This document shows, piece by piece, positions 47,293-56,674 of a stretch of DNA of 64,000 nt (its first letter is position 1; every line of letters begins with the position of its first letter). The position numbers and the translations under genes are program-made. The notes under the pieces were generated by a model. The model did not search any database, was not told where the DNA came from, and saw only the letters and a program-made list of their open reading frames with translations. The stretch comes from Mycobacteriales bacterium (GTDB taxonomy: Bacteria > Actinomycetota > Actinomycetes > Mycobacteriales > SCTD01). Location: NCBI GenBank assembly GCA_035526225.1, contig DATLCV010000001.1, positions 6,212 through 70,211 on the forward strand, in the 5' to 3' direction.

Positions 47293-49227
47293 TTGTCGAC
47301 GACAGAGGGCATCAGCCGCAGGCAGGTGCTGAAGGGCACCGCCGCAACCGCCGTCGGCATCGGGCTCGCCAAGGCCGCCGTTGGCAGCACCGGCCCGGCG
47401 TACGCCGCGACCGACCTGGTCTACGACGTGGTCGTCGTGGGCGCCGGCGCGGCAGGCTTCTCCGCAGCGCTCGGGGTGGTCCGGCAGGACCCGAGGGCCC
47501 GGGTCGTCATCGTCGACGCCCGACCGACGTACGGCGGGACGACGTACCGCTCCGGCGGTCGGCTGTGGGTCCCGAACAACGCGGACATGCGCGCCGCCGG
47601 GCTCAAGGACCCGCGCGAGGAGGCCATCGCGTACATGGCGCGGCTGGCGCACCCCGAGGCCTACAAGCCGCGTGCCACGCGGTTCGGCCTCCAGCGCCGG
47701 CACTACGCCCAGCTGGGGGCCTACTACGACTTCGGCGCCGACATGCTGGACTACTACCGCCGGACCAAGATCATGCCGTGGCACGCCGAGACGGGCGTCT
47801 TCCTGCCCGGCGTCGCGGACCCGCTCGGGCTGGCCGGCAAGTTCGCTCCCGACTACCACCCGGAGCTCGAGGAGAACGTGCCCAAGGCGGGGCGCAGCAT
47901 CATGCCCGAGCTGTTCGACCCCACGGGCACCATGGCCAGCGACCTCGGCCGCACCACGACGGTGGGCAACTTCGGCTCCTCCGTCTACGGCCCCGATGTC
48001 ATCGAGTGGCTGAACCTCGCCGCACGGCAGGCCGGGATCGACGTCCACCTGGGGACCCGCATGGTGGACCTGGTCATGACGAAGACCCTCACCGGCTCCG
48101 CGGTCACCGGGATCAAGACCATGACGGTGGTGGACGGCGGCACAACCCTCAGCGAGCCCGTCGGCTATCTCGAGGTGCCGATCGGCCGCACCTACGCCGC
48201 CCGTCGAGGCGTCATCGTCACCGCGGGCGGCTTCTCCAAGAACAACGCGAAGCTCGCTGCCAGCTTCACCGGCTCCAAGGCCCTCACCGGTGGCGGCTGC
48301 GCGGTCGTCAGCGCCGTGGGGGACCTCACGGACATGGCCGCGAAGTACGGGTTCATGACCGAGCACATGGACCAGGCGTGGTTCGTGCAGAACATCTACG
48401 AGCAGTACAAGAGCGACCCGAACAGCACCCTGTCGCCCAACTACCTGCTGTTCCAGGCCTACTGGCTCGCCGGCGACTCGATGATCGTGGTGAACCGCCG
48501 CGGCCAGCGCGTGACGAACGAGAAGGCCAACTACAACGACCGCACGCGCGCGCACTTCAGCGCCGAGAACCGGTTCCTGTTCAGCGTGTTCGACAAGCAC
48601 TCCTACGACAGCTTCGTCGGCCTCGGGGGCCAGATCCTGCCCATCGGGTCCTCGGTGATCGGCCCGGCGAAGAGCCTGCCGGAGCTCGCCGGCCTGCTCG
48701 CGGAGCGGCTCAAGCAGTACCCGGAGACCGGGGGCCTGGCGTCCGACTTCACCGCCGGGCTGGCCGCGACGGTGCAGCGGTTCAACGGGTTCGCGCGCAC
48801 CGGCGTCGATGAGGACTTCCACCGCGGCGAGTCCTCCATCGACGTGTGGTGGCACGCCTTCTGCCTCGCCTTCCACGGCTACGACAGCTCGGCCGCGCCG
48901 GGCGTGGGCAGCAAGGACTGCATCAGCTCCAACACCGACGAGAACGGCACGCCGTACCCGAACGTCACCATGCGACCGCTCGCCGGCGAGTACTACGCGG
49001 TGATCCTCAGCTCCGGGCTGCAGGACACCAAGGGCGGGCCGGCGATCGACGAGCTCGGGCGCATCCTGGACACCAACGGGGTGCCCGTGGCCGGCCTGTA
49101 CGGCGCAGGCAACTGCATCGCGTCGCCTGCCGGCCAGGGCTACTGGGGCGCGGGCGGCACGCTGGGTCCGGCGACCGTCTTCGGCCACATCGCCGGCCGG
49201 CACGCCGCCAGGAGGCTCTCGCTCTAG
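47293..49227 (+). CDS. Tat-exported FAD-binding dehydrogenase (FAD_binding_2, fumarate reductase/KstD-like)
   Basis: Twin-arginine signal SRRQVLKGTAATAVGIGLA, dinucleotide fold VVVVGAGAAGFSAAL, and C-terminal GLYGAGN. The chosen start is a TTG at 47293 after AGAGGGAG; the start is uncertain. Confidence 0.75.
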   Translation: MSTTEGISRRQVLKGTAATAVGIGLAKAAVGSTGPAYAATDLVYDVVVVGAGAAGFSAALGVVRQDPRARVVIVDARPTYGGTTYRSGGRLWVPNNADMRAAGLKDPREEAIAYMARLAHPEAYKPRATRFGLQRRHYAQLGAYYDFGADMLDYYRRTKIMPWHAETGVFLPGVADPLGLAGKFAPDYHPELEENVPKAGRSIMPELFDPTGTMASDLGRTTTVGNFGSSVYGPDVIEWLNLAARQAGIDVHLGTRMVDLVMTKTLTGSAVTGIKTMTVVDGGTTLSEPVGYLEVPIGRTYAARRGVIVTAGGFSKNNAKLAASFTGSKALTGGGCAVVSAVGDLTDMAAKYGFMTEHMDQAWFVQNIYEQYKSDPNSTLSPNYLLFQAYWLAGDSMIVVNRRGQRVTNEKANYNDRTRAHFSAENRFLFSVFDKHSYDSFVGLGGQILPIGSSVIGPAKSLPELAGLLAERLKQYPETGGLASDFTAGLAATVQRFNGFARTGVDEDFHRGESSIDVWWHAFCLAFHGYDSSAAPGVGSKDCISSNTDENGTPYPNVTMRPLAGEYYAVILSSGLQDTKGGPAIDELGRILDTNGVPVAGLYGAGNCIASPAGQGYWGAGGTLGPATVFGHIAGRHAARRLSL

Positions 49228-49254
49228 CAGCCGGGTCATCCGTGGCAAAATCCT

Positions 49255-51381
49255 GTGGTGTCCGCGACCGACGTGCTGCTCGAGGGCCGAGCCCCCGCGC
49301 CGGATCCCGCGTCGGCCTCACCAGGGCGGGGCTTTCGCCCTGACGTCGAGGGGCTGCGCGCCGTCGCTGTGCTGCTCGTCGTCGCGTTCCACGCCGGCAT
49401 CGGGGTCGTCAGCGGCGGCTTCGTGGGCGTGGACGTCTTCTTCGTCATCTCGGGCTTCCTCATCACCGGCCTGCTCGTGGAGGAGCAGCGCCGCAGCGGC
49501 ACCGTCTCCCTCCGGGGCTTCTACGCCCGTCGCATCCGCCGCCTGCTGCCGCTGGGCACCGTCGTCCTGCTCGCGACCACGGTCGCCACGGCACTCGCCC
49601 TGCCCGCGATCGACCAGCCGAAGGTCGGTGGTGAGGCGACCGCCGCGGCGCTGTGGTGGGCCAACTGGCACTTCGCCGGCTCGGCGACGCAGTACATGGC
49701 CGACGTCGACCTCAGCCCGGTCCTGCACTACTGGTCGCTGAGCGTCGAAGAGCAGTTCTACGTCGTCTGGCCGCTGCTCATCCTGCTGGTCACCGCAGGT
49801 CGACGCGGCCTGTCCTTCCGCGTACGGCGAGCACGGCTCGCGCTGGCCCTCCTCGTGCTCGGCGCCGCGTCCTTCGTCCTCTCCGCGACCACGACGGCCA
49901 GCGCCGGGCCCTGGGCCTACTTCGGACTGCACACCCGCGCCTGGGAGCTCGCCGCGGGTGGCCTGCTGGCACTCGGCCTGCCGCTGGTGACGAGGGTGCC
50001 GCGGGCTGCGGCGGCGCTGGCGGGCTGGATCGGCCTGACCCTCGTCGCCGGTTCGGCGGTGCTGCTCGACCGGGCGACGGTGTTCCCGGGCACGGCTGCG
50101 GCCCTGCCGGTCGGCGGGACCGTGCTGCTGCTCGCCGCCGGGGCGGTCACGACCGGCGGTGTGTCCCGGCTCATGAGCACGCCCTGGCTCACCTACGTCG
50201 GGCGGATCTCCTACGGGTGGTACCTGTGGCACTGGCCGTGCCTGGTGATCACCCGTGCCGTCTGGGGTCACAGCTCGGCGGATCCCGAGCTGGGCTCCGC
50301 GTCCGGGCCCGGGCCGTTGCGCACCACCGCCGCCGTCGGGGTCTCGTTCCTGCTCGCTGCCGTGACCTACCGGCTCGTCGAGCGGCCGGTGCGCGAGTCG
50401 CGCACGCTGGCGCGGTCCCGCAACCTCTCGCTGGCCATGGGTGCCCTGCTGGTCGCCGTCTCGGTCACGGGCGCCCAGCTGCTCCTCGGCTCGCCCTCGA
50501 AGGACTCCGGGCTGGCGGTGAGCGCCGTCCCGACCGCTCCCGGGCAGACGGCGCCGGTGAAGGTGTCGCTGCAGACGCCTGAGCAGGCGCGCAAGGACAC
50601 CGGCATCGACGCCCGGTGCTTCGTCGACTTCGCGACGCGCTCGCCTGACCCGGCTTGCCGCTTCGGGGACCGGCAGGGCAGCAAGGTGATCGTGCTCATC
50701 GGCGACTCGCACGCGAACTCGTGGTTCCCGGCGGTGCGGCGCGTCGCGGAGCAGCAGCACTGGCAGCTCTACTACTGGGCGAAGGCCGCGTGCGCGTACG
50801 CCGATGTCCGGCAGTTCACGACGATCTTCAACCGCGAGTACACCGAGTGCAACGACTACCGCGCAGCGGTCCTGGAGCGGATCCGGGCACTCCCCCGTGT
50901 CGACGCGGTGCTCGTCGGGCGCAACTACTCCTTCCCCCGGATCCTCATGGACGATCAGGGCGAGACCCCCGGTGGGGCCGCCGCGCTGCGGTTGTGGCGC
51001 GAGGGGGCGCGGCGCTCCTTCGCCTCGCTCGCGACGCTGACCCCGCGCGTGGTGGTCCTGCGCGACACCCCGCGGCCCGGTGGCGACGTCCCCGGCTGCC
51101 TGTCGAAGAACACCGCCCACCCGCAGAGCTGCGCCTTTCCGCAGAACGGGCACACCCACCTCGACCACAGCCTGGTCGACGAGGAGGAGCAGGCCCTGCC
51201 GCCGGGCGACACCGTGCGCTACATCGACCTCACGGAGACGATCTGCCCGGCCGACCCCTGCTCGGTCCTGAGCCCGACCGGCGCGATCCTGTACCGCGAC
51301 CTGCACCACCTGACCGCCCGCTTCTCCCGTGAGCTCGCCCCGGCGCTCACGGCCGCGCTGCTGCCCATCGTGCGGCGCTAG
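49255..51381 (+). CDS. Acyltransferase-3 membrane domain fused to an SGNH domain (OafA/OatA-like O-acyltransferase)
   Basis: N-terminal LRAVAVLLVVAFH...VDVFFVISGFLIT followed by ~10 TM helices. The C-terminal SGNH domain has VLIGDSHA. Confidence 0.85.
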   Translation: MVSATDVLLEGRAPAPDPASASPGRGFRPDVEGLRAVAVLLVVAFHAGIGVVSGGFVGVDVFFVISGFLITGLLVEEQRRSGTVSLRGFYARRIRRLLPLGTVVLLATTVATALALPAIDQPKVGGEATAAALWWANWHFAGSATQYMADVDLSPVLHYWSLSVEEQFYVVWPLLILLVTAGRRGLSFRVRRARLALALLVLGAASFVLSATTTASAGPWAYFGLHTRAWELAAGGLLALGLPLVTRVPRAAAALAGWIGLTLVAGSAVLLDRATVFPGTAAALPVGGTVLLLAAGAVTTGGVSRLMSTPWLTYVGRISYGWYLWHWPCLVITRAVWGHSSADPELGSASGPGPLRTTAAVGVSFLLAAVTYRLVERPVRESRTLARSRNLSLAMGALLVAVSVTGAQLLLGSPSKDSGLAVSAVPTAPGQTAPVKVSLQTPEQARKDTGIDARCFVDFATRSPDPACRFGDRQGSKVIVLIGDSHANSWFPAVRRVAEQQHWQLYYWAKAACAYADVRQFTTIFNREYTECNDYRAAVLERIRALPRVDAVLVGRNYSFPRILMDDQGETPGGAAALRLWREGARRSFASLATLTPRVVVLRDTPRPGGDVPGCLSKNTAHPQSCAFPQNGHTHLDHSLVDEEEQALPPGDTVRYIDLTETICPADPCSVLSPTGAILYRDLHHLTARFSRELAPALTAALLPIVRR

Positions 51382-51385
51382 CCCC

Positions 51386-53044
51386 GTGCCGCACCGGCCG
51401 GACCCGGCTCCTCCCGCCCTGGTCGAGCTGCGCCTGCTCGACGGGCCCAACCTGTACTTCGCCCGGGCGGCCTGCAAGGTGGTGCTCGACGTGTCAGGGC
51501 TCCTCCTGCTGCCGGAGGAGGAGCTGCGCGACCGCGCCGCCGCCTGGGGCACCTCGCTGGGTCGCGGCGGCACTGCCGGCTCCGAGGTCCGGGCCCGGGC
51601 GGTCTCCCGGGTGCTCGCCGCGGTCACCCGGCGACTCGCGGCGACCGCCGGAGTCGCCCGGCTCGCGGTCCGCAGCCGCCCGGGACCCGAGCCGGCGCAG
51701 CTGACGATCGCCTTTCCCTGGCGACGGCGCGAGCTCGCCCGGGCGCTCGGGGTGGCTCTCGCCGAGGCCGTCGACGGGACCGTCGGCGACCTGTCACAAG
51801 CCCCACACGGCACCGGCCCCACGACACCGCGCCCGCGCATCCCCGTGGTCGCGGTGACTGGCACCAACGGCAAGACGACCACGACCCGGCTCATCGCCCA
51901 CATGTCGCGCTGCGCCGGCAACGTCACCGGCTGGACCTCCACCGACGGCGTCTACGTCGACGGCGTGGCCGTCGAAGAGGGCGACTGGAGCGGGTACGGC
52001 GGAGCCGGTCGCGTCCTCGGGGACCGCCGGGTGCAGCTCGCGGTGCTCGAGACCGCGCGCGGCGGGCTGCTGCTGCGCGGCGCGGGCACGCGGCACAACG
52101 ACGTCTCCGTCGTCACCAACGTCGGGGCCGACCACCTGGGGCTGCAGGGCATCCACACCGTCGACGACCTCGCAGAGGTGAAGGCCGTCGTGCCGCGCCT
52201 GACCCGCGAGGGCGGTTGGTGCGTCGTCAACGCCCAGGACCCCCGGGTGCTCGCCATGCGATCCGCGTCGAAGGGCCGCCCCTGGGCCTTCTCGCTCGAC
52301 CCCGACGCACCCGGGGTGCGCGCGGTCCTCGCGGAAGGGGGTCGCGCCACGAGCGTGCTCGACGAGCAGGTCGTGCTGCTGGACGGCGAGGGTGGCGTCG
52401 ACCCGCTGGTCCCGCTCGCCGACGTGCCCATGACGCTGGCGGGGCTGTCACGCCACGACGTCGCCAACGCCCTCGCTGCCGCGTCCGCCGGGCTCGCCGT
52501 CGGCCTGCCCCGCCACGCGGTGGTGCAGGGCTTGCGCACGTTCACCGCTGAGCAGAACCCCGGGCGGATGAACCTCTGGGACGTGCGTGGGTGCGTGGTC
52601 GTGCTCGACCTGGCGCACAACGAGGACAGCCTGCAGGCGCTGCTCGCCGTCGTCCGCGGGCTGCGTGTACCGGGTGGGCGGGTGGTGACCGTGCTCGGCA
52701 CCGGTGGGGACCGCCTCGACGAGCAGCTGCGCGAGCTCGGGCACCTCGCCCGCCACGGGTCGGACGAGGTCGTGCTCGCGCTGAAGAGCCGCTACCTGCG
52801 CGGGCGATCACCCGAGGACATGCTGGCGCAGCTCCGCGCGGGCGCCGGAGACGCGCCTGCGCACGACGACGAGGTCACCGCCCTGCGCTCGGTGCTGCTC
52901 GACCGGCGTCCCGAGGACGCCGTGGCCTTCCTGTGCCACCAGGACAGGCCCGCCTGCGAGCAGGTGCTGCGAGAAGCGGGCGGCCACCCGATGTCCGTCG
53001 AGGAGGTCCGGGCGCGGGTCCTCAGAGGTCGGGGTCGCCCGTAG
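51386..53044 (+). CDS. Cyanophycin-synthetase-like protein with an M (Mur-ligase-like) domain only and no ATP-grasp domain
   Basis: IPVVAVTGTNGKTTTT, LETARGG, NVGADHLG and DLAHNEDS align closely with the CphA M domain encoded opposite. The N-terminal ~150 aa weakly resemble the CphA N domain (LLDGPNLYF). The GTG at 51386 lies 4 nt after the acyltransferase stop. Confidence 0.8.
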   Translation: MPHRPDPAPPALVELRLLDGPNLYFARAACKVVLDVSGLLLLPEEELRDRAAAWGTSLGRGGTAGSEVRARAVSRVLAAVTRRLAATAGVARLAVRSRPGPEPAQLTIAFPWRRRELARALGVALAEAVDGTVGDLSQAPHGTGPTTPRPRIPVVAVTGTNGKTTTTRLIAHMSRCAGNVTGWTSTDGVYVDGVAVEEGDWSGYGGAGRVLGDRRVQLAVLETARGGLLLRGAGTRHNDVSVVTNVGADHLGLQGIHTVDDLAEVKAVVPRLTREGGWCVVNAQDPRVLAMRSASKGRPWAFSLDPDAPGVRAVLAEGGRATSVLDEQVVLLDGEGGVDPLVPLADVPMTLAGLSRHDVANALAAASAGLAVGLPRHAVVQGLRTFTAEQNPGRMNLWDVRGCVVVLDLAHNEDSLQALLAVVRGLRVPGGRVVTVLGTGGDRLDEQLRELGHLARHGSDEVVLALKSRYLRGRSPEDMLAQLRAGAGDAPAHDDEVTALRSVLLDRRPEDAVAFLCHQDRPACEQVLREAGGHPMSVEEVRARVLRGRGRP

Positions 53045-55739
53045 CGGTGTCCGCGCGCGTGCCGGCCTGCGCTCTGTGGGACCGCTCCTGGATCTCCGAC
53101 CAGACCGCCGCGTGGCTGTCCGCGCACAGCACGACCAGGTCTCCCGGGCCCGCCAGGTCGAGCGCCCGGCGGGTCGCCTCGATCTCGTCCAGCACCACCT
53201 CGACCGACTGCACCCGCCCCCCCGAGCGAGCACCCTCGGCCACCAGCCCCGCCGTCTCGCCCGCCGGCCGTCCGCGCAGCCGCTTGTCCTCGCGCACCAC
53301 GATGATGTCGAAGTGCTCGGAGGCCACCTCGCCCAGCTCGCGCATGTCCTCGTCCCGGCGGTCACCGGCCGTGCTCACCACACCGATGCGGCGGTGCCGC
53401 AGCAGGTCGTCCGGTGCGTTGTCGGCGATCCGGTCGACGAAGTCGCCCAGAAGGCGCATGCCGGCAGCGTTGTGGCAGTAGTCGACGACGACGGTGATGC
53501 CGTCGATCTCGGTGACGTTGAGACGGCCGGGCGCGAGGTAGTAGGAGGTCGTGAACGTCCGCAGGCCCTGCCGGATGTCGTGCAGCGGCGCACCTGCCGC
53601 GAAGGCTGCCGCGGCGGCGGCGAGAGCGTTCTGCACGTTCATCAGCGCCTTGCCGCCGAAGGTCGCCGGCAGCAGGTGCGTCCAGGCGAGCTGCATCGAC
53701 CGGCGGCCGTGCCGGATCACGATCATGTCCCCGAGCTCGCCGCGCTCGAGCACCACCGCGCGTCCGCCGCGGCGGCAGTGGTCGTCGACGCGCGTCCACT
53801 CCGGGCTGCCGGGCAGGCTCGTCGTGAACCACACCACCTGCCCGCTGCACGCCCGTGACATCCGCGCCACCAGCGGGTCATCGGCGTTGAGCACCGCGAA
53901 GCCGTCGCGCGGCACCGCTTCGACGACGACCTGCTTCACCGCAGCCAGCTGCTCGACGGTGTCGATGCCCGCCATGCCGAGGTGGTCGGCAGCGACGTTG
54001 AGGACGACACCGACGTCGTTGCGCTCGTAGCCCAGCCCCTCACGCAGCAGTCCCCCGCGCGCCACCTCGAAGACCGCGAAGTCGACCCGCGGGTTCTGCA
54101 GCACCATGCGCGCGCTCTTCGGCCCGCTGGCGTCGGCGCGGATGACGAGCCGCTCGTCGATGACGATGCCGTCGGTGGAGGTCATGCCGACCTTGCGCCC
54201 GAGTCCCTTGAAGATGTGGGAGATCATCCGCGAGGTCGTGGTCTTCCCGTTGGTGCCGGTCACGGCGACGATCGGGATGCGGCTCGGCGCGCCGGGTGGG
54301 AACAGCAGGTCGATGACGGGCTTCGCGACGAACTGCGGCTCCCCCACCGTCGGGTGGGTGTGCATGCGGAAACCGGGGGCGGCGTTGACCTCGACGATCC
54401 CGCCGCCGGCCTCGCGCACGGGGTCGGTGATGTCGACGGCCATGAAGTCGATGCCGGCGACGTCGAGCCCGACGACCCGGGCGGCCTCCTCGGCGATCTC
54501 GACGTTGTCGGGGTGAGCCTCGTAGGTCCGGTCGATGGAGATGCCGCCGGTGCTCATGTTCGCCGTGAGCGTCAGCATGACCGTCGTACCGGGGGGCGGG
54601 ACGGTGTCGCGGGCGAGGCCCTGCGTCGCGAGGAGCTCGTCGGCCGCGTCGTCGAGCGCGATCCGGGTGAGCACCTTCTCGTGACCGACCCCGCGACGCG
54701 GGTCGGCGTTGGTGATCTCGACGAGCTCGGCAACGGTGTGCCCGCCGTCGCCGACGACGTGCGCGGGGACGCGCTCCGCGACGGCCACCATCCGCCCGCC
54801 GACGACGAGGAAGCGGTAGTCGCTTCCCAACAGGTAGCTCTCGACCACGACCCAGCCCCGCCGCGACTCGCTCTTGGCGACGTCGAACGCCCGCGTCAGG
54901 GCGTCGGCGTCGGCGAGGTTCAGCCCGACGCCACGGCCGTGGTTGCCGTCGGCAGGCTTGACGACGACGGGGTAGCCGATGCGGGCTGCGACCTCGAGCG
55001 CCCCGTCGAGGGTCCGCACCGCCTTCGACTGCGGCACCGGCAGACCGGCGGCTCCCAGCAGCTGGAGGGTCATCTCCTTGTCGCCCGCGATGTCGACCGC
55101 CAGCGAGGAGGTCTGCGAGGTCATGGTGGCGCGGATGCGCTTGGCGTGGACGCCCTGGCCGAGCTGCACGAGGGACGCGGAGTTCAAGCGCATCCAGGGG
55201 ATGTCACGGCTCACCGCCTCGTCCACCAGTGCCTGCGTGGACGGGCCGAACGCCGCGCGCTGGGCCAGCAGCACGATCTCCTCGATGGCCACCCGGGGGT
55301 CGAAGTCCTCCTCGGCCTGCACGAGGTGGTTGACCAGCCGCACCGCGAGCGTGCCCGCCGCGGCGCCGACGGTCTCGTCCGCGTAGGCGTAGATGACGTC
55401 GTACACGCCGGGGCGACCAGGGGTGCCACGGGTCTTGCCCCTGCTGACGTACGCGCCGGTGAGCCGCTGCAGCTCGAGCGCGACGTGCTCGGAGACGTGC
55501 CCTAGCCATGTCCCCTCCTGGAGCCGCTCCGCGAAACCCCCCGCCTTGCGGCGCGAGCAGCTGTGCTCACCGACGCCGGGCAGCAGCGCGAGCAGCGCCT
55601 CGGTGAAGCCCGGGATGCGGTCGGTGGGGAACTCCTCGAGCGAGCCCAGGTCGACCTGCAAGTGGATCGCCGGCCCGTAGGACCAGGTGTTGGGCCCGCG
55701 GTACACCCGGGTCTGCAACACCTTCAGGTCAGGCTTCAC
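53022..55739 (-). CDS. cphA: Cyanophycin synthetase (N, ATP-grasp and Mur-ligase-like domains)
   Basis: 905 aa. N-terminus VYRGPNTWS. ATP-grasp region (YPVVVKPADGNHGRGV...). M domain IPIVAVTGTNGKTTTS, NVAADHLG, DYCHNAAG. Confidence 0.95.
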   Translation of the reverse strand: MKPDLKVLQTRVYRGPNTWSYGPAIHLQVDLGSLEEFPTDRIPGFTEALLALLPGVGEHSCSRRKAGGFAERLQEGTWLGHVSEHVALELQRLTGAYVSRGKTRGTPGRPGVYDVIYAYADETVGAAAGTLAVRLVNHLVQAEEDFDPRVAIEEIVLLAQRAAFGPSTQALVDEAVSRDIPWMRLNSASLVQLGQGVHAKRIRATMTSQTSSLAVDIAGDKEMTLQLLGAAGLPVPQSKAVRTLDGALEVAARIGYPVVVKPADGNHGRGVGLNLADADALTRAFDVAKSESRRGWVVVESYLLGSDYRFLVVGGRMVAVAERVPAHVVGDGGHTVAELVEITNADPRRGVGHEKVLTRIALDDAADELLATQGLARDTVPPPGTTVMLTLTANMSTGGISIDRTYEAHPDNVEIAEEAARVVGLDVAGIDFMAVDITDPVREAGGGIVEVNAAPGFRMHTHPTVGEPQFVAKPVIDLLFPPGAPSRIPIVAVTGTNGKTTTSRMISHIFKGLGRKVGMTSTDGIVIDERLVIRADASGPKSARMVLQNPRVDFAVFEVARGGLLREGLGYERNDVGVVLNVAADHLGMAGIDTVEQLAAVKQVVVEAVPRDGFAVLNADDPLVARMSRACSGQVVWFTTSLPGSPEWTRVDDHCRRGGRAVVLERGELGDMIVIRHGRRSMQLAWTHLLPATFGGKALMNVQNALAAAAAAFAAGAPLHDIRQGLRTFTTSYYLAPGRLNVTEIDGITVVVDYCHNAAGMRLLGDFVDRIADNAPDDLLRHRRIGVVSTAGDRRDEDMRELGEVASEHFDIIVVREDKRLRGRPAGETAGLVAEGARSGGRVQSVEVVLDEIEATRRALDLAGPGDLVVLCADSHAAVWSEIQERSHRAQAGTRADTATGDPDL

Positions 55740-56650
55740 GACGTCCTCCGGGTGCGCCGCGCGGGCACGTCACCGAGCGCTCCCTCGACCGCGATGAGCC
55801 GGTCCAGCGGTACGTCGGGCTGCTGGCCCTTCTCCTTCAGCTGGTCCGGGCGGCCGCCGGCCCCGGGCAGCAGAACGCGGTCCGCGAGGTCGAAGCGGGC
55901 GCCGGCAGGCAGGGAGTGCAGCACGACGCCACTGACCAGCAGCGGTGCGGTCCCGGCCGCGGTGTCGACGTTCGAGGTCATGCCACTGCCGTCGAACAGC
56001 GTGACGGCACCCTTGCCGACAACCTCCAGGACGTCGCCGGTCACGACGGCGGCGGTGTCCTCGTCGACACCGAGCCCCAGCAGGTGCGGGGCGTGGGAGA
56101 CGAGCGTGAGCAACCGGCCGTACCGGCCGCGCTCGTCGAAGTGCTGATCGATGACCAGGCCGGGCAGCAGCCCGAGGCCGGCGGACATCTGCGCCATCCG
56201 CATCCGCGGGGTCGAGCCGACGCGGCCGAAGGCGACCATGTGCTCGCTCTGCACGCTCGCACCGGCGCTCGTCCCGCCGACGACGGCTCCGCGCTCGTGG
56301 GCGGCACGGATGGCGCGGCCGAAGGGCGTGCCCGCGACGACGCCGCTCAGGGTCGACTGGTTTCCGCCCGTCATGAAGACGCCCGTCACGTCCTCGAGCT
56401 GGGAGACGAAGGCCGGGGCGGCGGCGTCCTTGCGCGTGCGCGGCCGAGGCGCGCGCAGGTCCTTCACACCCAGCCCGGTGAAGGCGGCCCGGTAGGCCTC
56501 GACGATCTCGTCACCGAGCGAGCTGGCCGTGGGGATGACCGCGATGCGCGCCTGAGGGCCGCCGGCGAGTCGCACGAACCGGCTCAGGACCTGCCGGGCA
56601 CCCGTCCTGTCCTCGGCCCCGCCGATGATCATGAGTGGGCCGCCCGTCAT
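55736..56650 (-). CDS. cphB: Cyanophycinase (peptidase S51)
   Basis: MIIGGAEDR, FMTGGNQ, nucleophile GGTSAGAS, IDQHF. 4-nt overlap with the cphA start. There is a ~40-aa C-terminal extension. Confidence 0.92.
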   Translation of the reverse strand: MTGGPLMIIGGAEDRTGARQVLSRFVRLAGGPQARIAVIPTASSLGDEIVEAYRAAFTGLGVKDLRAPRPRTRKDAAAPAFVSQLEDVTGVFMTGGNQSTLSGVVAGTPFGRAIRAAHERGAVVGGTSAGASVQSEHMVAFGRVGSTPRMRMAQMSAGLGLLPGLVIDQHFDERGRYGRLLTLVSHAPHLLGLGVDEDTAAVVTGDVLEVVGKGAVTLFDGSGMTSNVDTAAGTAPLLVSGVVLHSLPAGARFDLADRVLLPGAGGRPDQLKEKGQQPDVPLDRLIAVEGALGDVPARRTRRTS

Positions 56651-56674
56651 CGGGCCAACCTACCGGCGCAGCGA

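Noticed and set aside
47185-51942. Long minus-strand ORFs (47185-49248, 687 aa; 49318-51942, 874 aa) opposite the Tat-flavoprotein and acyltransferase genes
   Set aside because: The plus-strand products carry the Tat signal, FAD fold, AT3 helices and SGNH motif. The minus-strand products are Arg/Gly/Pro-rich shadow ORFs.
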